Shown here: positions 27,894-42,265 of the stretch, piece by piece
Layout of the letters: each line of letters opens with the position of its first letter
How positions within the stretch are numbered: the first letter of the stretch is position 1
Assembly (NCBI RefSeq): GCF_009914755.1
Contig: NC_060930.1
Source of the DNA: the human T2T-CHM13v2.0 reference genome, Homo sapiens
Strand: one strand, 5' to 3'
DNA length: 64,000 nucleotides
Notes under the pieces: model-generated
The model's database searches: none
The model's input: the letters and a program-made list of their open reading frames with translations, nothing else
Told to the model about the DNA's origin: nothing
Position numbers and translations under genes: made by a program

Positions 27894-30800
27894 ATTGTAT
27901 TTACTGAGGAAAAATATACATATAAAATTACAATTTTTGCTGTTTTTTTTTCATTTTTACGCTTTTTAAGTGTACACTTAAATGGGAATAACTACATTTA
28001 TATTCTTTTTTCTCTTCATCCCTCTGCCTTCCAATCCTTTCCAGTCTCTAGAAACCACCAATCTACTCTCTATTTTCATGAAACCTACTTCTTTAGCTCC
28101 AACATATGAATGAGAACATGAAATATTTGTCTTTCTGTTCTGGCTTATTTCACTTAACATAATGGCTTCCAGTTCCATCTACACTATAGCAAATGACAGA
28201 ATTTCATTGTTAGGCTAAATAATATTCCATTGTGTAGACATATCACATCTATTCACCTGTTGATGGGCATATAGGTTGATTCCATATTTTGGCTATTGTA
28301 AATAATGCTGCAATAAACACGGGAGTACAGATAGCTGTTTAATACATTTTTTTCCTTTTGGACATATACTTAGTGTAGAATTGCTGGATCCTGCTCCATT
28401 TGTAGTTTTTTGAGGAACACCCACATGTTCTCCATAGTGGCTGTACCAATTTAATTCCTACTAGTGGTGTAGGAGGGTTAACCTTTCTGTGCATCCTCAC
28501 CAGCATTTTTTATTGCTTTTTTGATCCAAGCCATTTTAACTAGGATGAGATGATATCTTGCGGTTTTGATTTCTATTTTCCTGATAATTTATGATATTGA
28601 GCATTTTTTTCTTATACCTGTGGGCCATTTGTATGTCTTCTTTTGAGAAATGTTTGTTTACATTTTTTTGCCCATTTTAAATCAGATTATTATTATTATT
28701 ACCGCTATTGAGTTGTTTAAGTTCCTTATATATTCTGGTTATTAATCCTTTGCCAAATGGTTAGTTCAGAAATACTTTCTCCCATTCTGTGAGTTGTCTT
28801 TTCACTTTGTTGATTGTTTTCTTTGCTGTGCAAAAGATTTTTAGCCTGATATAATCCTATTTGTCTATTTTTGCTTTGGTTGAGTGTGATTTTGAAGTTT
28901 TACACAAGAAATCTTTGCCCAGACAAACGTTCTGGAGCATTTTCCAATGTTTTCTTCTAGTAGTTTCACAGTTTCAGGTCTTAGATTTAAGTCTTTAATC
29001 CATCCTGATTTGATTTTTCCATATGGTAAGACACAGAGGTCTAGTTTCATTCTTCTGCATATAGTTACACAGTTTTCTCAGCATAATTTATTACAATGAT
29101 CATGCTTTTTATTTGTATGTTCTTGCCATCTTTGTTGAAGATGAGATGGCTGTAAATGTGTAGATTTATATCAACGTTCCCTATTCTCTTTCATTTGTCC
29201 ATGTGACTGTTTTTATGCGAGTACTATGCTGATTTGGTTACTATAGCTTTGTAGTAAATTGTGAAGTCAGGTAATATGACGCCTTCAGCTTTTTTCTTTT
29301 TGCTCAGTATTGATTTGGCTTTTTGGGGGTCTTTCATTCCATATATATATTAAGACTTTTCTTATATTTCTGTGAAGAATGTCATTGGTATATTGATAGA
29401 AATTGCATGAAATCTGTAAATAGCTTTGGAATAGTATTGCCATTTTAACAGTATTAATTCTTCCAATCTATGAGTATGAAACATTTTCTACTGTTTTGTG
29501 TATCCTCTTCAATTTCTTTCATCAGAGATTTATAGTTTTCCTTCTATACATCATTCACTTCTTTGGTTAGATTGCTTCTTAGGTATTTCATATTTTTGTA
29601 GCTATTATAAATAAAATAGTTTCCATGATTTAGATTTTAGATTATTTGCTGTTGGCATATGTAAATGCTACTGATTTTCGCATGTTGATTTTCTGTCATG
29701 CAAATTTACTGAATTGGTTATTTGTTTTAACAGGTTTTTTTGCTGGACTTTTTAGCGGTTTCCAGGTATAAAATCATGCCATATGTGAACAAGGATAATT
29801 TGACTTCCTCCTTTTAAAGTTAGATGTCCTTTATTCCTTTCTCTTGCATAACTGCTCTGACCAGGATTTCGTGTTATGTCAAATAAAAGTGGTGAAAGTG
29901 GCCATTGTTGCCTTGTTTCAATCCTTACAGGAAAGGCCTGCAATTTTTCCCCCTTCAGTAAAATGTTAGCTTTGGGTTTGTCATATATGATTTCTATTAT
30001 TTTGAATTATATTCCCACTATACTATATGATGAAAGTTTTTATCATAAAGGGATGTTAATTTTATCAAATGCTTTTTCAGCATCTATTGAAGCAATCATA
30101 TGTTTTTTGTTATTGATTCTGTTAATTTCATATATATTTATTAATTTGTGTATGTTGAATTATCCAAGCATCCCTGTAATGAATCCCACCTGATCACAGG
30201 AAATGATTTTTTTAATGGGTTGTTGAATTCAGTTTGCTACTATTTTGCTGAGGATGTTTCTATACATGTTCAACAGTTATATTGGCATATAGTTTATTTT
30301 ATTGTTATTCCCCTGTCTAGTTTTGGTATCAGGGTAATCTGGCCTCACAGAATGCGTTTGGAAGTCTGACCTCTTCAATTTTTTTTAAAGAGTTTTGGTA
30401 GGATGGGTATTAGTTCTTTAAATGTTCTTGAATGCTAGAATCCAGCAGTCAAGCCATCAGGTCCTAGACTTTTCTTTGATGGGAGACTTTTGATGATGGC
30501 TTCAGTCTCATTACTTGTTTTTGGTTTGTTGAAGTTTTCTGTGTCCTCATGGTCCAATGTTGGTGGGTTGTATATCTCCAGGTATTTATCCATTTCTTCC
30601 AATTTGTTCATGTTTAGTTAGTTGTTCACAGTAGTCTCTTTGATTCTTTGCATTTCTGTGGTCTCAGTGGTTATTCTCCTTTTTGTTTCTGATTTTATTT
30701 ACTTTGGTCTTCTCTTTTTTCTTAGTTTAGCTAAACTTTGTCTATTTTTTTTTTATCTTTTCACAAAGCCCACTTCCGTTTGGTTAAACTTCTGTAATTT

Positions 30801-32737
30801 TGTTGACTCTTTTTCATTTATTTCTGCTTAGATCTTTATTAATTTTTTTTCCTTCTACTAATTTGGAATTTGGCTTGTTCTTGCTTTCTAGTTCCTTGGA
30901 ATGGATTGTTAGGTTATTTATTTGAAGTCTACCTACATTTTCAACATAACCATGTAGTTTATAAACTTCCTCTCAGTGCTCTTTAAGCTATATCCCATAG
31001 ATTTTAGTATGTTCTATTTCCATTTTCATTTGTTTCAAGAAATTATTTAATTTCCTTCTTAATTTATTCATTGACCCATTGGTCATTCAGGAGCCTGTTG
31101 TTTAATTTCCACGTTAGCATACTTTCCAGGTTCTTCTTGTTACTGATTAGTAGTTTAATTCCATTGTTATCAGAAAAAGATACTTAATATGATTTCTGTC
31201 TTTGTTGTTGTTGTTGTTGTTCAGGCTTGTCTCATGGCCTAAGACATGGCCTATTCTGGAGATTGTTCCATGTGCTGATGAAAAGAATGCGTATTCTGTA
31301 GCAGGTGGGTGCAATGTTTTGTAAATGTTTTTTACGCCTTCCAAATCTAGTGTGTAGTTTAACTATGCTGCTTCTTTGTTGATTTTCTGTCTGGTTAATC
31401 TGTTCGTTGAGAGTGAGATGTTAATTGCTATTATTGTATTGCAGTATATTTATATCTTCAGATCTATTAATATTTGCTTTATATACTTGGGAACTCCAGT
31501 GTTTGGTGCATAAGTAATTATAATTGTCATATACTCTTGTTGAATTAACACAGTTATCATTACATAGTGACCTTCTTTGTGTCTTTTTACAATCTTGGGT
31601 TTGTAGTCTATTTTACTGGATATAGGTATAGCTACTCCTGTTCTTGTTTTGCTTCCATTTACATGGAATAACTTTTTCCATCCCTTCACTTTCAATATAT
31701 GTGTGTCTTTATAGGTGAAGTGGGTTTATTTAAGGCAGCATATAGTTGACTCTTGTTTCTTTGTCCATTCAGCCATGATATGTCTTTTAACTGAAGAATT
31801 GAGACCATTTATATCATTGATAGGTAAGGACTTACTATTGCCATTTTGTTGCCTGTTTTCTGCTTATGTGAGACTCCTCTTTTCCTTTCTACCTTTCTTA
31901 CTGTGTTCCTTTGTGGTTATTTTCTCTGGCAGTATGTTTTCATTTGTTGCTTTTGTTTGGTTTTAGTGAGCCTATGACAAGTTTTTGTGTTGTGGTTACC
32001 ATGAGGACTACACAAAAATCCTTGTAGCTGTAATGAATTATTTTAAAGAGATGCCAACTTATCTTTGATCACAAATAAAAGAATTGAAACAAAGGCAAAC
32101 TCACACACACACATGCACACACACACACACAATCTGCACTTTAACTCCATCGGGGGAAGTCCCAAATGTATTATCTAGGCAGTGTGAGAAGACTGGCTAG
32201 ATATTTATGTTCCAGGGACTTGTGAAACAAACCTCTTACAGCATGGTGTTGCTCTACAGCCACTCTAACTTGTCATCTCGTTTGGCCAAGTTACAGAACA
32301 GTTTCTAGGACCGGGGTTAATACTTCCACCTCCTCAATTGTCTGTGTCTGTTCTCACAGATATTTTTCTCATCAGGCTATTGAAATGCTTCCCTTCAGTT
32401 AAGGCAAGAACAGGTCTCCTGCCAGGGAACACGAGAATCCAAAAAGCTGGTTGCTGCCTCAATATCACTTTTTTCAGTGTAAACACCATGAGATGGAAGA
32501 ATATTTTCTGTATAATTCTTGTTGGGCAGGATGAGAGAGGGTTATCATGAGTGTGGAAGTCCAATTCTTTTACCATCTGCTCAGAGTTTTTTCACTTTTC
32601 TGTGCTCCTGGGATCTGTCTCATCCTCATATTTGAGTTCTGAACTGTTGCTGGTAAAAATCTTGGCACTGTATATTTGGTTTGGTTTTCTAAGAGGAAGT
32701 GTGAAGCCAGTTGCTTAAATGCTGCCATTTTAAAACA
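27894..32737 (-). mobile_element. L1MA-type element nested in Tigger2; ORF2 decayed, ORF1 apparently deleted
   Basis: ORF2 remnants in the ORF track (KVKGWKKLFHVNG..GVAI; [20 protein letters not shown]; MELEAIMLSEISQ); 3' UTR near 27900-28150; 5'-end-like AAAATGGCAGC on the minus strand near 32730. Confidence 0.93.
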
Positions 32738-35603
32738 ATTGAATAGGTATTTAATGCACATAGTACTGCCATAATCTGGGGGGAAAATGCCACAGAGGAT
32801 ATTTATTAGTAAGAAAGAGAAGCAAACGCCAGGATTTAAGACAGGAAAGCATAGGCTAACCCTACTGTTTTGTGCAAATGCAGTGAAGTTTATATTCATG
32901 ACTTCCCTTTCCCCAAAGCTTCAGTCAACTAAGTCTGAGCTCTGAAGGGAACAGATTAACGCCAGTTGCCAGTCTTTTGATTATGCAACAAGAAAGTCCA
33001 AACAATGAGGACCTTTTTTCTGGATTGGTTCCAGCAATGCTTTGTCCTTGAAGTCAAGAAGTAGCCTGACAGTAAGGGACTCCATTTTAAAGTTATTTTG
33101 ATATTGGAAAATGCCTCTGACAACTGAGTTCAATACTGAATGCATCAAAGTGCTCTACTTGCCCCAAACATAATGTCTCTAATCCAACCTGTACATAAGA
33201 GGGTTGTAAGAAACTTTAAGGCTCATTGTACAGGGTCCTCTATGGAAAGGATTGTCAACACTACGGAAAAGAACATCATGAAAGTCTGGAAAATTTCAAC
33301 CATTGAAGACATCATCATTGTTATTAATAAATCCATGAAAGCCACCAAGAACTAATAGACACCACACCAGAGGAATTTGCAGAAGACAGCCTGATGGAAA
33401 CAAATGCTTTCAAATGAATGCTAGGTGATAAGATACAGAAGAAGCAGTGCAAGAAAACAAACTGACATTAGACAGTCTGGCAGAATCATTCTGATTATTC
33501 AAGACTGTTTTTACTTCTTTTATGATGTGGACCATTCTATAATACAGGCGTCTAAACTAAAGCAAACAGTGGAAGAAAATTTGGTATCATGTAGAAACAT
33601 TTTTAGAGAAATAAAATTGGAAAAATGTTAGACAGAAATTAAGATATATTACTGTAAAGTTACAAGTATGCCTCCATTTCCTGCCTCCCGTTCCACTTCC
33701 TCCAACTTTTCTGCCTCTAGTGCCCTTGAAACAGCAAGACCAACCCTTTCCCTTCCTCCTCCTCCTCGGCCTACTCAACGTGAAGACAACGAGGATGAAG
33801 ATCTACTTCCACTTATTAAAAAATTAGCATAATTTCTCTTTCTTATGATTTTCTTAATATCATTTTCTCTTTCTTTATTGTAAGCATCTAGTACATAATA
33901 CATTATACATATTACATGCAAAATGTGAGTTAATTGATTATTTTATCAATAAGGCTTCTGATCTACAGTAGGCTATTAGTAGTTTTGCTCTTGGGAAGTC
34001 AACAGTTATATGTGAATTTTCAACTGTCAGAGTGGGGGCTGGTACCCAAACCCCTGCATTATTCAAAGGTTAACTGTATTGATATCAATTTTCTGTCTTA
34101 AATCATTACTCTCTCTTTACTCACTTTTTATTACTATTTGTTAGTCATATTCTCCTTATCAGAATTGCTGCTATCTTATGGATTGAGGATTTCTAGAAGT
34201 AAGAAACTATGTCTTTTTAAACTGCTTAACCAGTACCAGTACAAATAGATGCTTGATAAATATGAGTGTGAGAGCCAGAGAGAAAGAATAATGATATATC
34301 CCTAAGATATACATTAATAATATAAAGATAATTTACTTTAAGTTGTATGACTAGATTTATGTGAATAAAAGCAGAATTAAACATCACTGAATAGTGTACA
34401 GTGTCTACTGTGAGCATTTTGCGGACTACAGCACTCTAGTTGGGTCATTTGGTCATGTTCCTTTCTGCTATACATGGGTAGACCCACGTGTTAATCAGCT
34501 CAGTTGTGACATATATTTATAACCTATGATTAAACTCATAATAGACTGCCCAGAACAGAGCACAAGGTCGAGGAGAGAGTTAGAAATACTAAATGAAAGT
34601 AGGGATTTATGGCTCTCTGACTTAGACAATTTCGTTCATCAAAACTAGTCTTCTCAATTAGTGGTTCAAATAGTTCATTTCTCAATGAGTTATCTAAGTA
34701 GTTGCAACTGCATAAATTCAACCACATTGTTAAGCTTGTTTGAAAAATAAGAAAAATGCTCACTTATCAATTTGACCAGACATTTCTCAAATTTTAACAT
34801 TATTTTAAATCATAAAACTATATGGGGCATGCTAGCTTTTTAAATGGATTTGAAGATTATTATCTCTAGATGCCTTTAACATTTTGAAAGGATTTGAAGC
34901 CTGGTGGAAGAGATATAGAGGTAAACACTCTGTGATACCCTTACAAAAATATTAACCATTCTAAAAGGTATACAGGAATTGAAAAACTGAAAGCAATTGG
35001 AAATTTTTCACTTAGAAAATAAATATGCTAAGACATCAAACATATAGAAGAAATACGTATAATGGTGCATGTGATCATAGCTATACAATTATTACAGAAA
35101 TATATAAAATGGAAAATTCTAAAAATATTTTAAATATTTAAGTTACATGACTGTTTCTATCACCACATTCAGTATGACCTGAAGCAAATTATTTCACCCC
35201 ATCACTTACATGGCATTAAAAAAATAAGCATCAAATTAGAATGCCTACTCTCTCAAATGTGTTTGAATCAGCTCTGTCTGAAAAAGAAAGCATTTCATTT
35301 CTTCAGCAGACTTTTGCTAGTGTACGTATAGTCTAGGATCATATGAAACAATTAGTTCAGAAAGGCCATAAAAATATTTTACAGAAAGAAAGATTAATCA
35401 AAAATCCCAGTCTCTAGTGTGTACGAAGCTATGTCAAGTAAAATATAATTTATTACAGATGAAAAAGTTATTAATAAGTAATATTGATAATTGAAAGTTC
35501 CATAGAGGGCAATATTCAAGATAAGTTAATCATCAAAGAAATAAGACTTTTTACATTTAAGAGATCAGGAAATCAAATAGAAAGTAACTTAACACACATA
35601 TTT

Positions 35604-35823
35604 TAGGGTTTCTCAATCTTAACACTGTTATTTTAGGCAAATAATTCTCTATTGTCTTTTTTTGTGGTGAACTGTCCTGTGTATTGTAGGACGTTCAGCA
35701 GCATCCTTGAAAATTACACACAAGATACTATTAATACTCCTTTTACTGTGACAACCAAAAATGTCTCCAGGCATTGTCAAATGTCACCTTTGCAGGGCAA
35801 GCTCCCCTGGTTGAGAATCTCTC
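35604..35823 (-). mobile_element. MER20 (hAT-Charlie)
   Basis: GTGACAACCAAAAATGTCTCCAGGCATTGTCAAATGTC...GGTTGAGAA; TIRs GGGTTTCTCAA and TTGAGAATCTC. Confidence 0.92.
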
Positions 35824-37910
35824 AAAAATTCCACTAGTGTTACCACTGTGGAAGAAACTTCTTTATGGAAACATTTATCTATAAATATAACTGTTCTGCT
35901 TTACTGCTCAGTTTGCTTTAAAACTGACTATTTGGTTGTACATGCAGAAATTATTTGAGTCTGTTTTCTGTTTGGATAGAACTTTTATGATCAGTATATT
36001 GGATTGACTGACTAGTATTTGCGTAATTACCACTTAAAATGATCTTATATGAAACCATTTTTTTTTTATTTTAGGTATGATTTTCCTGTTAGAACATTAC
36101 ATGTGAAAGAAGTCATACTTGAGTTTGAAAGTTATACTTTTTAAAAGTTTACTTGTCCCTCTTGCAGAAAAAGATACTTTTGACAACTGTAATAACTGGA
36201 CATTACTAGAACAATGCTAACACAGGGGGTTAACAGCTTGCACTTGTACAAAATACTTGAAGTCAGTCAGAAAGCCATTATTATGACCTTGTGCTGACCA
36301 CATTCTATGAAGTGTTACATGATCAGGGACAGGGAAGTTGGTTAATGGAAGTTATATAGTAGCTAGATGTATCCTTGTCACACTTCATCTAAACTGATAC
36401 ATTGCAATGGTCCACACTGCTCAGACCTGGCAATTACTGTCCAATTCCAATCTATTCCACACTGCCACTATAATGAAAAATAATTAGGAGCCTGAAAATG
36501 AGTTTTCACATGAAATGGTTTCAGTGCTTGGACACAATCGCCTTTGGCAGATGGCTTTGGGTTTGCTTTAATATAATAAAGACAGTTAATCATCTCTAAA
36601 GAGTGCACTGAATGAATAAACTTTTAACACTATTTTCTACAATGGAATTCTTATATTGATCAAATGTTTAATGCTCAGGGGTGGAAGTTGCTTTGGCTGA
36701 ATTGTTTGGTATGAGCGCATAAATCACTGCTAAATAAATGCATTAGAAAAGAAGAAAATTGGTTCAAATTGATTATCTATTATTGATGGAGGAAAATTAA
36801 AAAGCTTAACACTAAAAGCAAGTACTTTTCCTAAACACTGTATCTAAAATAGCTAAAGATATTTTTAGAAGTATTTATGAAGACCCTGATTTTGGTAAGA
36901 CTGAAATAAGTCATTTCATCACAACAAAAAATATATCTATGTGTGTGTATGCCTACCTACTTGTGTATATATAACACTTTTAGTGTATGTATTTCCCATG
37001 AAGGGAAATTAACCCCTCTATTAGAAAGGAAACTCAAATTTTAACTAGCAATATAGCATTTAGTAATTTTTTCTGAGAACAAACATTTCTCTATTGGAAA
37101 AAAACTTTCACTTCTATACATAGAAAAATACCAATGCTTTAGAATTAAATTGATTTATTAATTATGTTCTTATATGATTTGTCAATATTGAATTTCATTC
37201 TGATGAACTTATATTCAAGAAATAGAGCTATATTCTAGATGTATTGTTCATAAATAATATCTGTCATTGTGAGAGACTTAGTGGTTTTATTAGAGACTCT
37301 TTTATAAACTGATAGCATTTAAGGGTACTCAGGTAGAGTAAGTTTTCTTCTTTAAATAATTCAATTTTATAAAATAGCAATGAAATCCTAATAGTTTCCA
37401 AAACAAACTAATAATTTGGGTATTTATGTTTGGCAGCACCACTGATAACACAATATGTGAACAAATATTCTCTTAACTTTACAGATATGCTTAGATCAAA
37501 TCTCTTTATTGTTCTTTCTGGTTATGTAAATATACTGTCATAATGTTTTTTTTCAATATTAACTATCTTTCACTGGAGAGTACTTAACATTTTCTGAAAT
37601 ATCCATATTTTTTTTAAAAAATGGCAAAGTTAACCTAAAATAAAATTATTGTTTCCATCTACTCATTTAAAATGCTCTATTTAGAATCAGTCCTTATAAA
37701 TTTTGAAACATGTTTGTAAGTGCATCTGTAAATAGTATTGTGTAGTTAGATACTCCATTGTTTATATACTATTGGCTGCTAAGTCATATTTCTATTTAAA
37801 TATTTGACTGCTAGTTAATGCTCCCCTAATTTTCCAAGAAACAGCATATTTTGCTACTCTGGATACAGGGTTGTTGGTTTAAGTGTTGATGTGCATACAT
37901 CCAAACGAGC

Positions 37911-38279
37911 TGTATTAGTTCATTTTCACACTGCTGATAAAGACTTACCCAAGACTGGGTAATTTATACAGGAAAAGGGGGCTTATTGGACTTACAGTTC
38001 CTCCTGACTGGGGAAGCCTCACAATCATGGTGGGAAGCAAGGAGGGAGCAAGTCACATCTTACATGGATGGCAGCAGGCCAAGAGAGAGCTTGTGCAGAG
38101 AAACTCTCGCTTTTAAAGCCATCAGATCTCATGAGACCCATTCACTATTACTAGAGCAGCATGGGAAAAACCTGCCCCCATGATTCAATCATCTCCCACC
38201 GTGTCCCCCTCACAACATGTAGGAATCCTGGGAGCTACAAAATGAGATTTGGATGAAGACACAGAGCCAAACCATATCA
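37911..38279 (-). mobile_element. THE1 (B/C-like) solo LTR
   Basis: TGTATTAGT...GCCAAACCATATCA; 5-bp TSD CGAGC/CCAGC. Confidence 0.96.
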
Positions 38280-40869
38280 CCAGCCCAGGATTCATTTCTG
38301 CATTTCAAGTACTATGACTTGTTACTTAGATAAACAATTAAAATACTAGCTTGAGAAATACTGTTTGTTATAATTAAAATTGTTTTCCTTTGAGCCCTAA
38401 CATGAAATTATACCCACTTAAGTATCAATGAGCAATATATTGACAGTCTCTTACTTTCATGGAAAGGAGATCACAATGTAAAATATTTTTAAAATTTTGT
38501 CGCTTTTTAATAATTGAAGCAATATGGCATGAACCAGTTCTATTCAGTGCAGTCAGAGGGCAAAGAGTTGCCTTTGTCCATAGTTCCTAGCTAAGTCACT
38601 TTAGGCTGCGGCTTTGGAGTTTCATCCTGATTCTTTGTGTCTCTACTGAACTAATATGAAAAGTTTACCTTTTTGGAGAATAATCAGGATAGTGTTTTCT
38701 ATACCTGGCAACTCTACTCACCTGTTCCTGCAAGATTGCAATTTGAAGTCAAGATATACCCTCACCTGGAGGAGGAGTTTAAACAATAAATGACAATTAA
38801 TATCAAAGTAAATTATATTAGAATATGACGAAAAATTGCTGGAAACTCTGTTTACAATTTCAGCTATGAAAGAAGAGAAAATTTTAATTTTCACATATAA
38901 TATAATGACATTCTAATTAAAATGTCCATGGACAAATGAACAGAATTAATGAATGACATGTATGAGGAATGGCATAACTTTCAAATTAAGTAGGCATGCT
39001 TGAAAATCTAAGATGCACTATTCAGTTGCTGTGTGACCATGAACAACATGTAGGAAAAAATTACAACATTCCATTGAGTTTTCTGGAAATGTCAAATGCT
39101 ATAATATATGTGCATAGAAAATAGAAGAGGTTCTATGGCATAGTAAATCTAAGCACATTCTGGTGGTTATTATTACTAACATACTAATTATCCTGTACTT
39201 TGGAAACATTCTCTCTGTGGCTATGCACTTCCTGGAACTTGATAGAGAAAATAAGGCTCATCTAATAATTTGTGCATTATGTTGACAAAAAAAGAAAACT
39301 GCTGTTATTTATCTCCGAATGTGCTAATATGCAAATATCAAGTTAGGGTCAACTGACTGTGACTGCATGGGGAGGTAGCATAAGGTTTAAATCAGAGGTT
39401 TGTACTGATAAAACAACCTAGATGAAAAAGAAGACAGATACCAACTTTATTTCTGTAGAATAAATTCAACTAATGAAAATAATATAACACATTATATAAA
39501 TTAGATTGTTAATTTCAAATTTCAAATATAAAATTGGAATATATTGGTGGAATGATAAAAAAGAAATAATTACTTAAACTTTTTGTTCACTTTTAAATCA
39601 CTTTAGTTTTAGTCTTTTTTTTTTTTAGTTAAAATATTTGTGGACTTTAGGTTTGGAATTTTGTGAACTCAGAATTAATGATTATGTGTCTATAAGGGTC
39701 AACTCAAGGCAAGAGCCAAAGTAATTTTTTGGTTTATATCAATTCTTTTTTTCTGTTTTACTCAGGGCTACAAAAAAAATTAAAAATTCAGCCATAAACA
39801 AGTTATAGAGTAGTTCTTTTTTAGCAAAGGATTTTCCCATTAGGTAATTTAAATATTAGAGCTTCTATTCTGGTCAAATATAATGCAGATATGTATTAGT
39901 TACTGTTAATTTTCATACATTGCACAAAATATATAAATTTTATACATTTATGCATTGAACTATAATGTATTGCAACATCGAATTGGCAAATAAAACACTA
40001 TTTCATCTAAATTATGTCTTTGTAGCGAAGGATGGGGAAATGTAGAAAATGCATCTACATGCTACCTATAAACTTCTGCACTCATTTTTAACTTGAGTGC
40101 TTTTGTGGTCTAAAGTAACAGATTAAAGTTTTTGCCAGCATTTTTGGAGCCAGCATCTAATATATTTTATCGCTATTCATAGATAGTAATAAACAAAGTG
40201 AGTTATTGTATTAAAAAATTAGTTATATTACATTCTTATTGTTTATTCTTTTAATATTTCTGTCACAGTTGTTTATTTCATATTTACATCTATATGTCTT
40301 TATGAAACTTTTAATAACATATTCCAGTTAATAAGCTGTGAAATTTCATATAATTTATCAAAATATCTATCTAGTTTGAACATCATTAATCTGTCCTAAA
40401 TTTAAGAACTTTCTAAATCTTATCTCTATGGTAGTCCAACATGCAGCTCTTTTTATCTTGATATTTTGCCATTTATCATTATCTTATGTTTATACATGTT
40501 TAGCCAGCTCACTACCCATGTGACAGTTCTCAGATCCAGGTCAATTTTAATTCATTCTGTATGTCAATATTCATGAGATGTAGCATTGAATGTGTTTCTT
40601 TACTCTAGCCAGAATATTTGTGTTTTGGTCTTCTAAACAAACTAAATTTGTGTTGTAAAAGATGCTATTCTCAAAAGCAAATAGAACTATAAAAATATGA
40701 TTTTGCCCTCATAATAAACCCTTTTTAATATGTTTTATACTATAATGTAAATGTTACTCTAAGTGCATTCTAACTGTTCAGAAATTTTTAAAATAACAAA
40801 TCCAGTTATATTTCTTTGTAATTTTTTCTGAATTTTTAGCTATGACCAGATAATGATTCAAAAAACATA

Positions 40870-41243
40870 TGATATGGTTTGGCTGTGTCTCCACCCAAGT
40901 CTTATCTTGAATTGTAATTCCCACAATTCCCGCTTGTTGTGGGAGGAATCCAGTGGGAGGTGATTGAATTATTGGTGGGAGCTTTCCTGCAATGTTCTCA
41001 TGATAGTGAATGAGTCTCACGAGATGTTATGGTTTTAAAAATGGAAGTTTCCCTGAACAAGCTGTCTTCTCTTTACCTGCCACCATCCACGTAAGATGTA
41101 ACTTGCTCCTCCTTTCCTTCTGTCACAATTGTGAGGCTTCCATAGCCACATGGAACTGTGAGTTCTCCATTAAACCTCTTTCCTATGTAAATTGTCCAGT
41201 CTCCAGTATGTCTTTATCAGCAGCATAAAAACAGACTAATACA
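40870..41243 (+). mobile_element. THE1 (B/C-like) solo LTR
   Basis: TGATATGGTTTGGCTGTGTC ... ACAGACTAATACA. Confidence 0.96.
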
Positions 41244-42137
41244 TGATAACATTTTCTTTTACAGACTGATGCAACATGAAAGTTTGAAACAGCAAAATAT
41301 ATTTAATAATAAACCTTTAATGTTTTCAAGAGATATTTATGTAAAGGGAATCAGGGGAAACATGGCTGGGCAGTTAGTAGGGTCTATCTTCAGAATGGTC
41401 TTGCTTTAAATCTTAAGGCACTTTAGACTGTTGAAAATACATTATAGAATAGGAAGAAATGGTAAGCACTATAATCTAGAAAGTTCACTTTGTTAGCATG
41501 ACAGGGGACACATTTAAAGGGAGAAGAAACAAAGCAGATATTTTGATAAATTGCTATTTTAATATGCCAGGCAAGGATTATGAATAAAAACCAAAACAAA
41601 TTCAAGGTGAATTAAATATTCAAAACCAAATAAGTTAAACTAAAAATAATTAGAAAAAACATAGAAAAATATTCAAACTATATTTAGAACTAAATACTTT
41701 CTAAGTATACACATATTTAAAGTGTTCTTAAAAGAAATATAGATACATTTTGCAAAAACAAACGTATACATGTATTCATGTGAAGACTTTTAAACTAAGG
41801 TAATATCAACACTGATAAAACAAAAAAAAAGATTTGAAAGTGTAATTGTGTAAATACAACATACAAATTGATTAAAATATTGCCAAGAACTTCTTAAGGA
41901 ATACTGGCAAAAGTCACTAAGAGTAATTCCAAAGAAAGGGAAACGTAACTTTCTAATATACAGAAAGTTTATCTGCATTACTGATCAAAGTTATGCAAAT
42001 AAGTTCAAAATAACACCCTGCTTCTAAAACTAGTGCAAAAGTTGCTGTCATCAATTTGCTTAAGGCAAATGATGAGCTCTTCTGATCTTCATCAATTTGT
42101 CAATCTTCCAAAACTTTAAAGTACTTACATATATTTT

Positions 42138-42265
42138 GTCATTTATTCAACAAATACTTACTGGATGCCTACTGCATCCTAGGGACTGACCCATGCGTTG
42201 ACGATATAATGAATGGTAAAGGAGGTAATCATTACCCCCATTATTAGGAAGTATACAATTTTGCC
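42138..42265 (-). mobile_element. L2 3' end
   Basis: CATTTATTCAACAAATACTTACTGGATGCCTACT. Confidence 0.7.

Larger units (their letters stand above)
26451..34076 (+). mobile_element. Tigger2 DNA transposon with both ends, in three pieces (26451-27276, 27643-27893, 32738-34076)
   Basis: TIRs TAGTAGACCTTTAAACAA and TTATTCAAAGGTTAACTG flanked by TA; decayed transposase from about 26981 (MGPIQFAT..APNK*RKVM..KVEFLD), later EFNASKRWFNDF and LTLLFCANA. Confidence 0.92.

Noticed and set aside
26981-33631. Domesticated Tigger transposase gene
   Set aside because: Early in-frame stops and two large insertions
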